DNA of 62,592 nt, the filler included, from Stramenopiles sp. TOSAG23-3 (lineage: Eukaryota), in assembly GCA_900128585.1 (NCBI GenBank). It is 5 parts of 5 records of this genome, joined end to end, with 100 filler letters (N's around TTAATTAATTAA, not from the genome) between each part and the next. Parts side by side here need not be neighbours in the genome. Positions count along the whole stretch, not along the records: positions 25,157 to 37,605 come from LT642686.1; positions 37,706 to 50,126 come from LT642687.1; 3 more parts are not named here. One strand, written 5' to 3'. Both the position numbers and the translations under genes were made by a program. Position 1 is the first letter of the stretch. Each line of letters begins with the position of its first letter. Positions 28,277 to 37,902 of the stretch are shown piece by piece. A model generated the notes under the pieces. That model saw only the letters and a program-made list of their open reading frames with translations. It was not told the origin of the DNA and did not search any database.

Positions 28277-29416
28277 TTACCCAGAGGTGGTGTCAAGCTT
28301 GCGCTTTTTTCCCCCGGCAGTCCTTGGCGCAAAGAACAGTTGAAGCAACGACGTTACCGCTGCGACGTGAAGGCTGTTTCCTGCCAAAGCGTACTGCTTG
28401 TGCAACGGGACGTTGTCCGGAAATGAAAAACTTTTCGGAAACCCCAAAATGTTTGTAATTTCGTGCGGGTCGAAGTATCGAAGTTTTCCCAGGTAAGGCT
28501 TGTACCAGTCCGACCGCTGCCCAACCGCAGTGGAACTGCCCGACATCCCGTCGGCGCTCATCAGCGCGTCTAACGAGTTGGAGAACCCATTCAATAAGCG
28601 TTCCTTGTCCTTTTCTTCCGCTTCCGTAGGCATCAAAATCACCGAGCCGGTGCCTTTCATATAGCGACCATAAGAGTGCGTGAAACAGGCGCTTCGCGTG
28701 GACGCGGGGGAGACGATATCAAGGCTCCAGCTCCCTGCGCTTGCCAGAGTGCCCTCCGGTATCAAAAGCTGTTCTATGTTTAAATCGTGCCGCAGGTAAT
28801 GGCCTACTTCCCTTGTCTTTGCCGGTCCGGGCGGGAAAAATTTAGGAGACAAGTCTACGCCCACGTCCAGCGTAGCAATCATAAACACGCGGGGCCTCGT
28901 GTTCGGGGTTGAAAAATTCTCTGGTGAAAGCATGTGCAGGTGGAATTGGTAGCCTCGCTTTCTCAGCGTTTCCTTCACCTTGTTGCACGAGTCCGAACGT
29001 TCGAAATTTAAAACGTTTTCTAAGAGTATGTACGTTGGCGGCGTTTCAATCTCCTCCAACACCCCGCAAAGGTGCACGAGGGCGTTGCTTCGCTTGTCCA
29101 AAAGGTCCCTCTTTTTTGTTTCGTTTTGCCGGGTATATGGCTGGCACGGCGGGGACATGAGCCACATGTTTGCGCCAAGGGATTGCAAATACTCGCAGCT
29201 GATAGATTGAATAGGTTTCTGAGAAGGCTTTTTCCCACCAAAATTGTGCCTGTACACTTCGTTTGCCGTGGTAGAGAAATCGAACGCGCCAACGACCGTA
29301 CTCTCTGCCCCCCTTACCTGGCCAAGGGCATAGCGCATACCTCCAATCCCAGAGAAAAATTCGACCGCCCTCACCGCAGTGGTTGCGCCGTTCTCCGCCA
29401 CCGTCACAGACGCCAT
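28277..29416 (-). CDS. DNMT2: DNMT2/TRDMT1 tRNA (cytosine-38-C5) methyltransferase
   Basis: C5-MTase motifs EFFSGIGG, MSPPCQPY, LLENV, PNTRPRVF, LRYF, GNS; DNMT2-specific CFTxxY (CFTHSYGRY). C-terminal KKRK. ATG at 29416. Confidence 0.92.
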   Translation of the reverse strand: MASVTVAENGATTAVRAVEFFSGIGGMRYALGQVRGAESTVVGAFDFSTTANEVYRHNFGGKKPSQKPIQSISCEYLQSLGANMWLMSPPCQPYTRQNETKKRDLLDKRSNALVHLCGVLEEIETPPTYILLENVLNFERSDSCNKVKETLRKRGYQFHLHMLSPENFSTPNTRPRVFMIATLDVGVDLSPKFFPPGPAKTREVGHYLRHDLNIEQLLIPEGTLASAGSWSLDIVSPASTRSACFTHSYGRYMKGTGSVILMPTEAEEKDKERLLNGFSNSLDALMSADGMSGSSTAVGQRSDWYKPYLGKLRYFDPHEITNILGFPKSFSFPDNVPLHKQYALAGNSLHVAAVTSLLQLFFAPRTAGGKKRKLDTTSG

Positions 29417-29813
29417 GTTCGAACCGGGTCCCGGCAAGCGTTCAGCAAACGTGCACGCGAAGGAATAGGGTATGAAATGAAGGCAACAAATCGCGGATTT
29501 TTTCGTTTGAATTTAGTCGACGGTATTTTTGTACATGATTATCCCTTCGAGAATAAATACTTTGTTTTCAATGAAAAATATAATACTATTTTTTATTATT
29601 ATCACAGTATATTATTATAAAAATTGATTGATTATTAATTTATTGTGGGTTGTGGTGGTGGGGGGGGAGGATGATTATTGACCACCTTGATGACTGATGA
29701 CGACGACTAATTATTTTGTTGTTGTTGATTGATTGTGTTGTTAGTAGTCTCTATAGTATTCTCATCATTCTTCATCATTCTTCATCATCTTATGCCATTA
29801 TTATTATTATCAT

Positions 29814-32800
29814 CTAAAAAAAAGGAAACATCGGTTCGTCATGAACCATTTCCCATTCCTCCGCGAACACGGTTGGAAGCACCCATTCTCCACTAGAACT
29901 AGGGGACACAACCTCAGCGCGTTCTGGAACTCCTTCAGCTTGGTTTGCGTTAGTATTTGGAGCGTTTGAGCTGCCGCTGCTTGGCGATGCGCCCCCATTG
30001 ACCTTTTCATCAGCATTTGCGTCATTTCCGTCTCGGGCGTGAATGGCCTCAAAACTGGCCCACGCGTTTAGTCCTGCTGTAGAATTGTGCAGGTCGCGAA
30101 CGGTCACAGAATCAACCGGTACGTCAAAGTGAGACGCAAAATTCCGCTTGCTTCGAGCCAAAACCTCTGGGCTTACTGCGATAGCATTTGGAGCTCTTGA
30201 GCTGCCGCTGCCTCTTTGGTGCAGGCTACCCGATGAGTCCAGTCGTGGGCTTGGCAATGCGCCCCCACTACCGCCCTCTTTATCGTCGCTCAGTAGCGTA
30301 ACGGGACGAGCATTTGGATTTCCGTCCAGGGCGCGGGCCCAACCGTTTACTCCTGCTGAAGAATTGTACACGTCACTAACCGTCACAGAAGCGACCGGTC
30401 TGTTTAAGTGCGACGCGAAATTTCGCCTGCTTCGAGCGAACACCTCCGGACTTAGAGTCCATGCCGATATAGGTACTCCTGAACGAAATATTTCCCGGAA
30501 GGTAACTGCCTCAGGGTTTATGATGCCGTCGTTTTCTGCCGCAAAATTTATTTTAGCACGAGCCAGCATCTCCGCCGTCAAACCATGATGTATCGCGTGC
30601 CCTAACAAATTTTGCAGGTCGATGCGGTCCCTGCAATTAATGGCCTCCTCAGGAAAGCCACGTTGTACCAATTCCTGGATCATTTGGACAAGCGTCATCT
30701 CTCTGTGCTCGGGGAATACACGCGCCCTTCTGCGTCGGCCTGGCCGCGGCCTATCCCGTGGATGGCGTTGGTAATTGGCTAGCAAGCGGCGTTCCTCTCT
30801 TTCACGGTGAAATTCCCCTCTTCTACGGTAACGTTCCTCTCTATTACGGTTGTGCACTTCCCTCTCTGCTCTTTCCCGGCCGGCCTCTCTCTCCGCTCTT
30901 TCCCGTTCGGCCAATTTACTCCTCAACAATGTTTCGTTGATTACCAAGTCGTCGTGCGTGAGTCTGCTTGCTGTGGGAGCGTCTGGGCCCTCTGCGGTCT
31001 TCTGCTCAAACATCGTGCGTTGTAGGCGGTGGGTTGCCTCCAGCCTGTCCGCCAAATCACGAAGTCGCCCAAACCCTTCGACAAATTTTGGAGAAGGAAG
31101 CCTCAAGAGCTTGTTCAAAGCGGGCAAAATGTCAGCAAGCTTTTCAGCATTTGTTGAGACTTTCGTGCATGGCTTCCCAGCAAAGTATCTGAACACCAAC
31201 ATCCACATTGCAGTGTCTAGGGAACTTATCAAGCTCTCTTGAATTTGCTGAAGAGCACTTGCGTACAAAGGCACCCCGTCTTTGATTTCTCTGCATTTGT
31301 TCTGGACATTGTTCTGCAGCCGCTGAAAACCCTGAAATTCTGCAAGGGTCCGGTCATACACTGGAACATGGACCAGGCTGGTCATGTCGTTGAAAATGTC
31401 ACCAAATGGATGTTCTACAGCTGCTGCTGCTCGCTGCTGGGCTGCCTGAAGCTGCGAACGATGGAGGGCCAACATGTGCCTGCGTTGGTCTACATTAGTG
31501 CAATGGGAATCGCATTGCCCGGCTTGTCTTCCGTAGTCTTTGAGACAAACCCAGCAGTATTGGTGGCCGCAGGGCTTTTTGCATGTCATGTGGTTGCACC
31601 CCCTATACTTGTGTGTAGGCTTTTTACACTTTGGGCACGGTTTCGCGCCTTCGCCGTATTGATCAGAATCCAAAAAGTTGGAAGTTGCAGCCTCCGCATG
31701 GACCGCTAATCCCAAAAGCCTGGCTTCCACTTGCCTCTGCTCCCTTTCTATATCTTCTAGGCGCCGTTGTAAAATCCCTCTATGCTCTTCTGCGTGGCTT
31801 CGGCATGTCGCCATAATTCTTTCCGAGAGTTTGGACAAGTTATCTTTGATCAAGTCGGACTTATGTTTACCCTCTCGTCCCCATGCTTCAACCATTTTGC
31901 AACTGACGGGAGCATGGCACTTTTTCCTGCAGCCCCAACAGAACGTTGTGCGGCACTTGCAAACGATTTTTCTCGTTTTGCTCCTTTCATCTGGGTAAAA
32001 AACGACCAGGTTGCAGCGTGGGTTTGGGCACCGCTTGCACTGCCTTCCCCCGTCAACAATTGACCGTTTTAAGAACTTCTTGTACTCGAGCTGGACCTGT
32101 TCGTCGCAGACGCCATTGATCAGATTTTCATTGATCAGCTCTTCACAATCTTGTGATATGCATTCTGTGTGGATAAATTCTGGCCCGTTCTCGGCTAACT
32201 TTGACACAATGTACTTGTTCCAGCAAGTCTTGCAGAAGGAATGTTTACACTTCAATGAATACGTCGCGCTGCCGTCGCCACATCGTCCGCCGGAAGGCGA
32301 AGCAGTCCCGGTGGATGGTGGTGTGGACTCCAGCTTTAGAGAACCAGCGGTGGCGTTGCTGTGGGGTCCGCGAAGGATTTTTTGTTTCAGCATGTCTGAG
32401 AATGCATCCTTACTCTCACGGTACTTCGCCGCGGAGACACTGTTTACAGCATGTTCCCAATTTGGATTTCTTACAAGGTCCATCAATGCACGGCCCACGC
32501 CAATTAATCCAGTTTGCGGGTTCCAATTTTCCACAATGCCCAAACAAACGTTGCCGGATTCTGTGCATATGTTTGGGTGTTGAAGGCTTGTGTCCCCAAC
32601 AATTCTTCGGGGGCTTGTGTACGGGAAATTTTCATCCAACGATACAACAAACGAGCAATGGTGCTTCTCCCAAAGGCTATCGATTGGGCCAATGAACGCC
32701 AGCCGTAGCTCGGTCATCCTGTCCTCTACAGGAACTACTTCAAACAGCCCTGCCCGACGAATCCGTCGTATCTCGTCATGGAGTGACATCCCTAAGGACC

Positions 32801-33230
32801 CCCTCTTTTGTCTTTTTGCCCTTTTCTGGTCTTCCTTTCGCGACTTTTCTTTGCCGCGGTTCCTCTTCTGGTTTACACCTCCGCAGCAGCAAAGTTCGCA
32901 CTTTTTCGTGGTTGACTCGTGAAACCCATTAGCGTTACAAACGCTGTCGCCCTCGGTAATGAAGTTCTTTAACGTCAAACGTCGTGAATCCCAGCTGTTC
33001 CGCAACAGCTCCGTTTGCGCAACTCCCCGATTGACGGTGAAAATTTCTACCACCTCGGAGACTTTTTCTTCCCGAATACGATCCATTTCTTCCGTGTTGT
33101 TGATCTGGTACGAGACGTGGCGTCTTACTTTACCAGGGTAGCCCCCAATTAGTTCTTCGTCGCCTGGATCCGAGTAGTAGTTGTACTCGTCGTCCGAACC
33201 AGACGCATCCGCCAGAACTAGTGAAGCCAT
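29814..33230 (-). CDS. Ariadne-like RBR E3 ubiquitin ligase with a UBC (E2) domain inserted in RING1 and C-terminal repeats
   Basis: Acidic N-terminus and UBA-like segment (LLRNSWD). RING1 split as CELC...[UBC: GPIDSLWE, FPYTSP, HPNICTESGNVCL, WNP]...CKHSFCKTCW...CISQDC. IBR CPNPRC..CKC..FCWGC...HAPVSC. RING2 CPKC...GCNHMTC..CGHQYCWVC. ATG at 33230 (MASLVL). Confidence 0.9.
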   Translation of the reverse strand: MASLVLADASGSDDEYNYYSDPGDEELIGGYPGKVRRHVSYQINNTEEMDRIREEKVSEVVEIFTVNRGVAQTELLRNSWDSRRLTLKNFITEGDSVCNANGFHESTTKKCELCCCGGVNQKRNRGKEKSRKEDQKRAKRQKRGSLGMSLHDEIRRIRRAGLFEVVPVEDRMTELRLAFIGPIDSLWEKHHCSFVVSLDENFPYTSPRRIVGDTSLQHPNICTESGNVCLGIVENWNPQTGLIGVGRALMDLVRNPNWEHAVNSVSAAKYRESKDAFSDMLKQKILRGPHSNATAGSLKLESTPPSTGTASPSGGRCGDGSATYSLKCKHSFCKTCWNKYIVSKLAENGPEFIHTECISQDCEELINENLINGVCDEQVQLEYKKFLKRSIVDGGRQCKRCPNPRCNLVVFYPDERSKTRKIVCKCRTTFCWGCRKKCHAPVSCKMVEAWGREGKHKSDLIKDNLSKLSERIMATCRSHAEEHRGILQRRLEDIEREQRQVEARLLGLAVHAEAATSNFLDSDQYGEGAKPCPKCKKPTHKYRGCNHMTCKKPCGHQYCWVCLKDYGRQAGQCDSHCTNVDQRRHMLALHRSQLQAAQQRAAAAVEHPFGDIFNDMTSLVHVPVYDRTLAEFQGFQRLQNNVQNKCREIKDGVPLYASALQQIQESLISSLDTAMWMLVFRYFAGKPCTKVSTNAEKLADILPALNKLLRLPSPKFVEGFGRLRDLADRLEATHRLQRTMFEQKTAEGPDAPTASRLTHDDLVINETLLRSKLAERERAEREAGRERAEREVHNRNREERYRRRGEFHREREERRLLANYQRHPRDRPRPGRRRRARVFPEHREMTLVQMIQELVQRGFPEEAINCRDRIDLQNLLGHAIHHGLTAEMLARAKINFAAENDGIINPEAVTFREIFRSGVPISAWTLSPEVFARSRRNFASHLNRPVASVTVSDVYNSSAGVNGWARALDGNPNARPVTLLSDDKEGGSGGALPSPRLDSSGSLHQRGSGSSRAPNAIAVSPEVLARSKRNFASHFDVPVDSVTVRDLHNSTAGLNAWASFEAIHARDGNDANADEKVNGGASPSSGSSNAPNTNANQAEGVPERAEVVSPSSSGEWVLPTVFAEEWEMVHDEPMFPFF

Positions 33231-34258
33231 ATTGAGTGTTTGTATTACGAAATAGATAACGTAACACAAACTTGACACTAGTTTTAAAACTAACGTTTTA
33301 GTTTCAAATAATCCTTCCTTGCGTTCTTTCGTCTTTTTTCTTTCGTTTTTCATTTGCTTTTCTTCTACTTTTTCTTTCATTCCCAAATCTAACTAAACTA
33401 AAAATGTGAATAGAAAAAGAAGGAGTCGATGAAATTTCGTCCTTCTTCCTTCAGAGTTCAGGTCCTGCATTTCCCCCTTTGCTGTGTAGATGTACGGTAC
33501 GGTACCTTTCAAAGGCAAGAAAAAAATTCCGAAAAACTTCATTAATTGCTTCATTTTTATTAATTTAAGGATGTGTTCAACTGATTAACATTCGAAAGTG
33601 ACTAATATTTAATCGAATATATATATTAATTCCTTATTTGAAATTTCTTATTCGCTGATTCCTTTTTTTTGTCCATGGGTCGGCTTTTCCTTTTGAGTTC
33701 TTCCCTTCTTGATGTCGTTTGCTGCTGCTTTTCGTTCCCTTATTATTTTATTATAATAGAGCTCAACGCTCAATAAAAATAAAAATAATAAAATTATAAA
33801 CCTCTCCTCAACTACTTGATTTTTGTTAGTTTCTTCTTCCCTATACTATATTCCTGTATTAATTATTCCTATTGCAGGTTGTTGGACTATTATTAGCTTA
33901 TCAAAAAATACAACAACTTCAAACTAACAAATTGGATGCAATTTCGATATTATTATTATTATTTAATCTACCCTCCCCCTATTGCTTTGGTACCGTACGT
34001 ACTTGGTAGAAAGAAAAACAAGAAAACGACTACTACAACAACAACTAAAAATTTATTATTATTATAATAATAATTTATTTATTTTTTAAGTGCAATTGAA
34101 TGTAACTTCAGACGACTACTGAACTACACTGGTTTTTACAGTAATAGTTCTTGCAATGGACAACAAGCAAACGACGTAAGGTCAAAATAAAGTCATTTCG
34201 ACAGGGAAAAGTGCAAGAATAAACGAAGCATCAATTCATCGTTGCGACCGAACTAGCG

Positions 34259-34780
34259 ATGACGGACAACACTGGGAACATGATAAACTCTGTGTACGAG
34301 GTGGACGAAAAGCGGTGGGCAGCAACGTCGGTGAAGCACTTGGCATATTTGCTGAAAAATAGTGGTCTTATGAGAGTTGATGCGCTTCAAAAAACTGACA
34401 AGGTCGGGTACCTTCCGGTTGTCTTTGCAGTTCGCAATGGGGCAAAACTGGAATTAGTCCAGTTTATGTACGAGCACAACATTGCAAAGTCTAGGGAGTG
34501 GACGGACTCCTACGGGTGGAATCTTCTCTTTCACGCTGTACATAAAAACCGACACAGCCTTGTCCCGTACTTATTGTTTATGGGTGGAGAAAACGGGGCG
34601 ACTGTGCGTAACAAAAAAGGCCAAACAGCGCTGGACATGGCGGTATTTTTTGCAAATGATGAGTGTGCGGCGAAATTGAAAATTGTGAAAAGAACTATGG
34701 ACGCGGGCAAAGCGCAACGGGCGTCTTACACCGCCTTGAATAAAAAGAAGGGAGGTGGGAAGAAAAAAAGAAGGAAATGA
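34259..34780 (+). CDS. Small ankyrin-repeat protein with basic C-terminus
   Basis: Ankyrin-like units DKVGYLPVVFAV, DSYGWNLLFHAV, RNKKGQTALDMA; tail KKKGGGKKKRRK. Confidence 0.8.
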   Translation: MTDNTGNMINSVYEVDEKRWAATSVKHLAYLLKNSGLMRVDALQKTDKVGYLPVVFAVRNGAKLELVQFMYEHNIAKSREWTDSYGWNLLFHAVHKNRHSLVPYLLFMGGENGATVRNKKGQTALDMAVFFANDECAAKLKIVKRTMDAGKAQRASYTALNKKKGGGKKKRRK

Positions 34781-34937
34781 GTTTTTTCGCGGGGGGGGGG
34801 TAAAAACAACCGGCGCTTGTTTTATATTTTTATGCCTTTAGTTTTGCCATTAAAAAATTAATTTGTTGTGAGCTAATTATACATCATATTATGTATTAAT
34901 TTTTCTTTTTCTAAAATAACCTCTCTCTCTAAAAATT

Positions 34938-36920
34938 TCACAGGATGTCTCCATCAATGTCATCAAAAGGATCTGCCGATGGTCGAGACCCATGCAAAGC
35001 TAAATAGTTAAAATCTTTGTGGGTCCTCGAATCCGACCTGCTCCCAACAGAGCCAGCCCTGGCGCCCTCCGGGTAACTCTCCTGTGGGGCCATGCGACAA
35101 AACACAAAAAATAAAAGGACCAAGGAGATGAAAATAAAGCAAACGGCCGTGACGACCCACCCAACGCCGTAATTTGTGTGCGTTGCGATCGGGGTCCCTG
35201 GGGGGCTGTGCTGCTGCGCCCCGTAAACGTCGCAGTAATCTGGAAACAACGGGCCGACGGTGGTCCCAATGCGCCTGTTCTGTTTGCACCGAAACTCGGC
35301 GAGCCTGACCCTTGCGTCGATTGTGTCCACCACGCTCGAACTGCTCCACAAACGTTCCGCGACGGCGTTTCCGCGCTGGAACAATCGCGTGTCGATGTTT
35401 GTCCGGTCAGCGTTCTCGTCCCAGCTGCTGAGCTCACCGCCAAAGACGCTGGATGGTAGCGTCTCCGGGTACGCGTGCAAGTACATGTCTGTCCACGTCG
35501 ACACGTACATCCAAGGCGCAGGCTGCCCGTCGACGGGGAGGGCTCGGTCCATGTAGGCGCCGTACGACAGGAGAACAGGGTGCGTCTTGCTCGCGTTTTG
35601 CAAATGCGTCAAGTCTTTCCAGATGTTGACGACCAGGGCAGAGTCGTCGTCCATCGAGCCGCTTTCGTACGCCTCTTCCCAAAGAATAACCGTCTTGCGC
35701 GCTCCGACGTGCTTCAGCACTTTCTTTGTAAACCACCGCTGCAGGTTGCTGATATTTTCCTTCTTCATAAACTCCCGGACACTGGCACTCTCGTTCCAGC
35801 ACTTTGCGATGACCTCGTCGCCACCGAGGTGCAAGTAGGGGTCTGGAAAAAGCCCGATGACTTCGTCAAGCAGGGTGTTTACAAAGTTGAAAATTTGGGG
35901 CTGCGTCACGTCCATGCTGACAATGTTGATCGCGCGCTCAAGGACCCCGCCGCTCGACGCGCTCACCGCCCCCCAACAGGGGGTGGTCACCCACTCCAAT
36001 CTATCCGAAAACCCCCAAGACGCCGTGTGGCCGGGAATGTCGAACTCTGGGACGACACGGATGCCGAGGTCCAGCGCATACTTGACAACGTCCTTGACTT
36101 CTGACTGTTTGTAGACAAGGGTTGGGTCGAAGGCCCCACGCTCGCTGAGCTCCGGGAACGCCTTGCTTTCAAAGGGAAAGCTCTGCGCGTCTACGATGTG
36201 CCAGTGCAGCACGTTTAGCTTTGCCATTGCCATCGCTTCCAGGACCCTCAGGATGTCCTTTAAGGGGAAAAAGTGTCGCGCCGTGTCGAGCAAGACCCCC
36301 CTGTGTTTGAAGCGTGGCGAATCTTCCACCGTGACCGGCAAATTTGGCACTACGAATTGGTCGCCGTCGTACACGACCAGTTGCCCGAACGTTTGGAGCG
36401 CCCGCAGGGCCCCGACGAACGAGGACGCGGTGACGACGGCCCCGGTCTCGGTAACGCTTAGCGTGTAGTCTTCGGGCAGGCCCACCAACTTTGCCGCATC
36501 CACGGCCTCCTGGGCCCCGTTCAGCTGGATCTTTAGCATTTTTAAGGGGGGCGAGGAGATTGCTGGGAAGTTCAACGCTGGGTTGGAACTATTTTTTATC
36601 GGCGCAAGGCGGACGCGAAGGTACGGGATTGTCACGCCGGTCTGTACCCCGGTCCGAATATGGGCGAGCAAACGGTGCGTGGCCCGCAGTATTATGTCCC
36701 TTACGGATCCCGGGCAGTCGCCGTCGCACGCTACGGCAACGTCATTGTTTGACGTTTGAAAAATTGACGTCGATTTTTTCCCTTGCGTGTATTTCGTCGG
36801 CTTTGGCACAATCGATGGGTAAGGCGTCGTCGCCGGCGTTGCTGAAACAATAGAAACTGCGACGACCGCACAGAGCACGAGGACGACCACAACACGTGCA
36901 GCGAAGGACCGTTCCGTCAT
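34938..36920 (-). CDS. Beta-N-acetylhexosaminidase (GH20) with signal peptide and C-terminal TM anchor
   Basis: Motifs DSPRFKHRGVLLDTARHF, KLNVLHWHIVDAQSFP, VVPEFDIPGHT, catalytic HLGGDE, GGELSSWDE, AVAERLWS; hydrophobic segment near the C-terminus. ATG at 36920. Confidence 0.95.
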   Translation of the reverse strand: MTERSFAARVVVVLVLCAVVAVSIVSATPATTPYPSIVPKPTKYTQGKKSTSIFQTSNNDVAVACDGDCPGSVRDIILRATHRLLAHIRTGVQTGVTIPYLRVRLAPIKNSSNPALNFPAISSPPLKMLKIQLNGAQEAVDAAKLVGLPEDYTLSVTETGAVVTASSFVGALRALQTFGQLVVYDGDQFVVPNLPVTVEDSPRFKHRGVLLDTARHFFPLKDILRVLEAMAMAKLNVLHWHIVDAQSFPFESKAFPELSERGAFDPTLVYKQSEVKDVVKYALDLGIRVVPEFDIPGHTASWGFSDRLEWVTTPCWGAVSASSGGVLERAINIVSMDVTQPQIFNFVNTLLDEVIGLFPDPYLHLGGDEVIAKCWNESASVREFMKKENISNLQRWFTKKVLKHVGARKTVILWEEAYESGSMDDDSALVVNIWKDLTHLQNASKTHPVLLSYGAYMDRALPVDGQPAPWMYVSTWTDMYLHAYPETLPSSVFGGELSSWDENADRTNIDTRLFQRGNAVAERLWSSSSVVDTIDARVRLAEFRCKQNRRIGTTVGPLFPDYCDVYGAQQHSPPGTPIATHTNYGVGWVVTAVCFIFISLVLLFFVFCRMAPQESYPEGARAGSVGSRSDSRTHKDFNYLALHGSRPSADPFDDIDGDIL

Positions 36921-37605
36921 ACCGCTGTTGGGGGCAAAGCAAGGGGTGTGTGAAAAACAAAGAAACAAACAGGGAAAACCAAACTACCTACCCAAAGAAA
37001 AAGAAAAAGAAAGGTAGAAGTGAAGAAAAAATAAGTGAAACGTCCAATCATCAATATGATTTTTAAATGAATCGATCGATAAAAACTTTTATTATTATGA
37101 TGATGAAGAAGAAGCCAGACCGACCGAACGACGACGAAGAAGAAAAAAGAAGAAAAAAAGAATTCAGTGTATAGGTAGAGTTCATTTTCACCGATTTCTG
37201 AAGAAGGCGGGAAGGGAAAAGGGAAGAAGAATGAAAAGAGGGAAGAGAATAATGTCCAATAATGAATAGACGACTAAAATGCAATAACAACAATGAAAAA
37301 AGTGTTATTTTTACTATTATCGACCTCGTATTTATTCATTTTTAGAAAAAGATAGAAGAAGAAAGAAAAATAACTATAATAAAACGTAGACGACTATTAT
37401 AGAGACTAATATTTCATAGACAACTAAAACTAATTGGAATCCCTATAGTCAGTCTATTTATTATTCCAAGAAGACATATATTTACATACTGGATAATGGA
37501 TGACACTGACACTACGTACGATGTATTTAAAAATAATGTTCAACACGAATCCATCCCAAGCATGTGATTGGTCTTATTTATTTCAATTATTATTATAGTT
37601 AATTT

Positions 37606-37705
37606 NNNNNNNNNNNNNNNNNNNNNNNNNNNNNNNNNNNNNNNNNNNNTTAATTAATTAANNNNNNNNNNNNNNNNNNNNNNNNNNNNNNNNNNNNNNN
37701 NNNNN
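37606..37705. other. Artificial contig-concatenation linker
   Basis: N44-TTAATTAATTAA-N44. Confidence 0.97.
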
Positions 37706-37902
37706 TTTTTTTTTCGATTAATTACGTTAAAATGAATTTATTCACAGTGTATATATATATTTTTTAATGGAAGTTACTTGACACATTGAGGTGGTTTCAT
37801 TGTGACATTTTGACAAAAGATGCACACGTGGGATGCTTGAACTCGCGATATATTGGGAGTGCAACAACGTACGTTGAAGTGGTTTGCCCCTGGATAGAAA
37901 TC

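Noticed and set aside
33231-33386. N-terminal extension of the RBR ORF with a TM-like segment
   Set aside because: AT-rich, UTR-like sequence; the Ariadne-type acidic N-terminus begins at the ATG at 33230. An upstream ATG at 33380 cannot be fully excluded.
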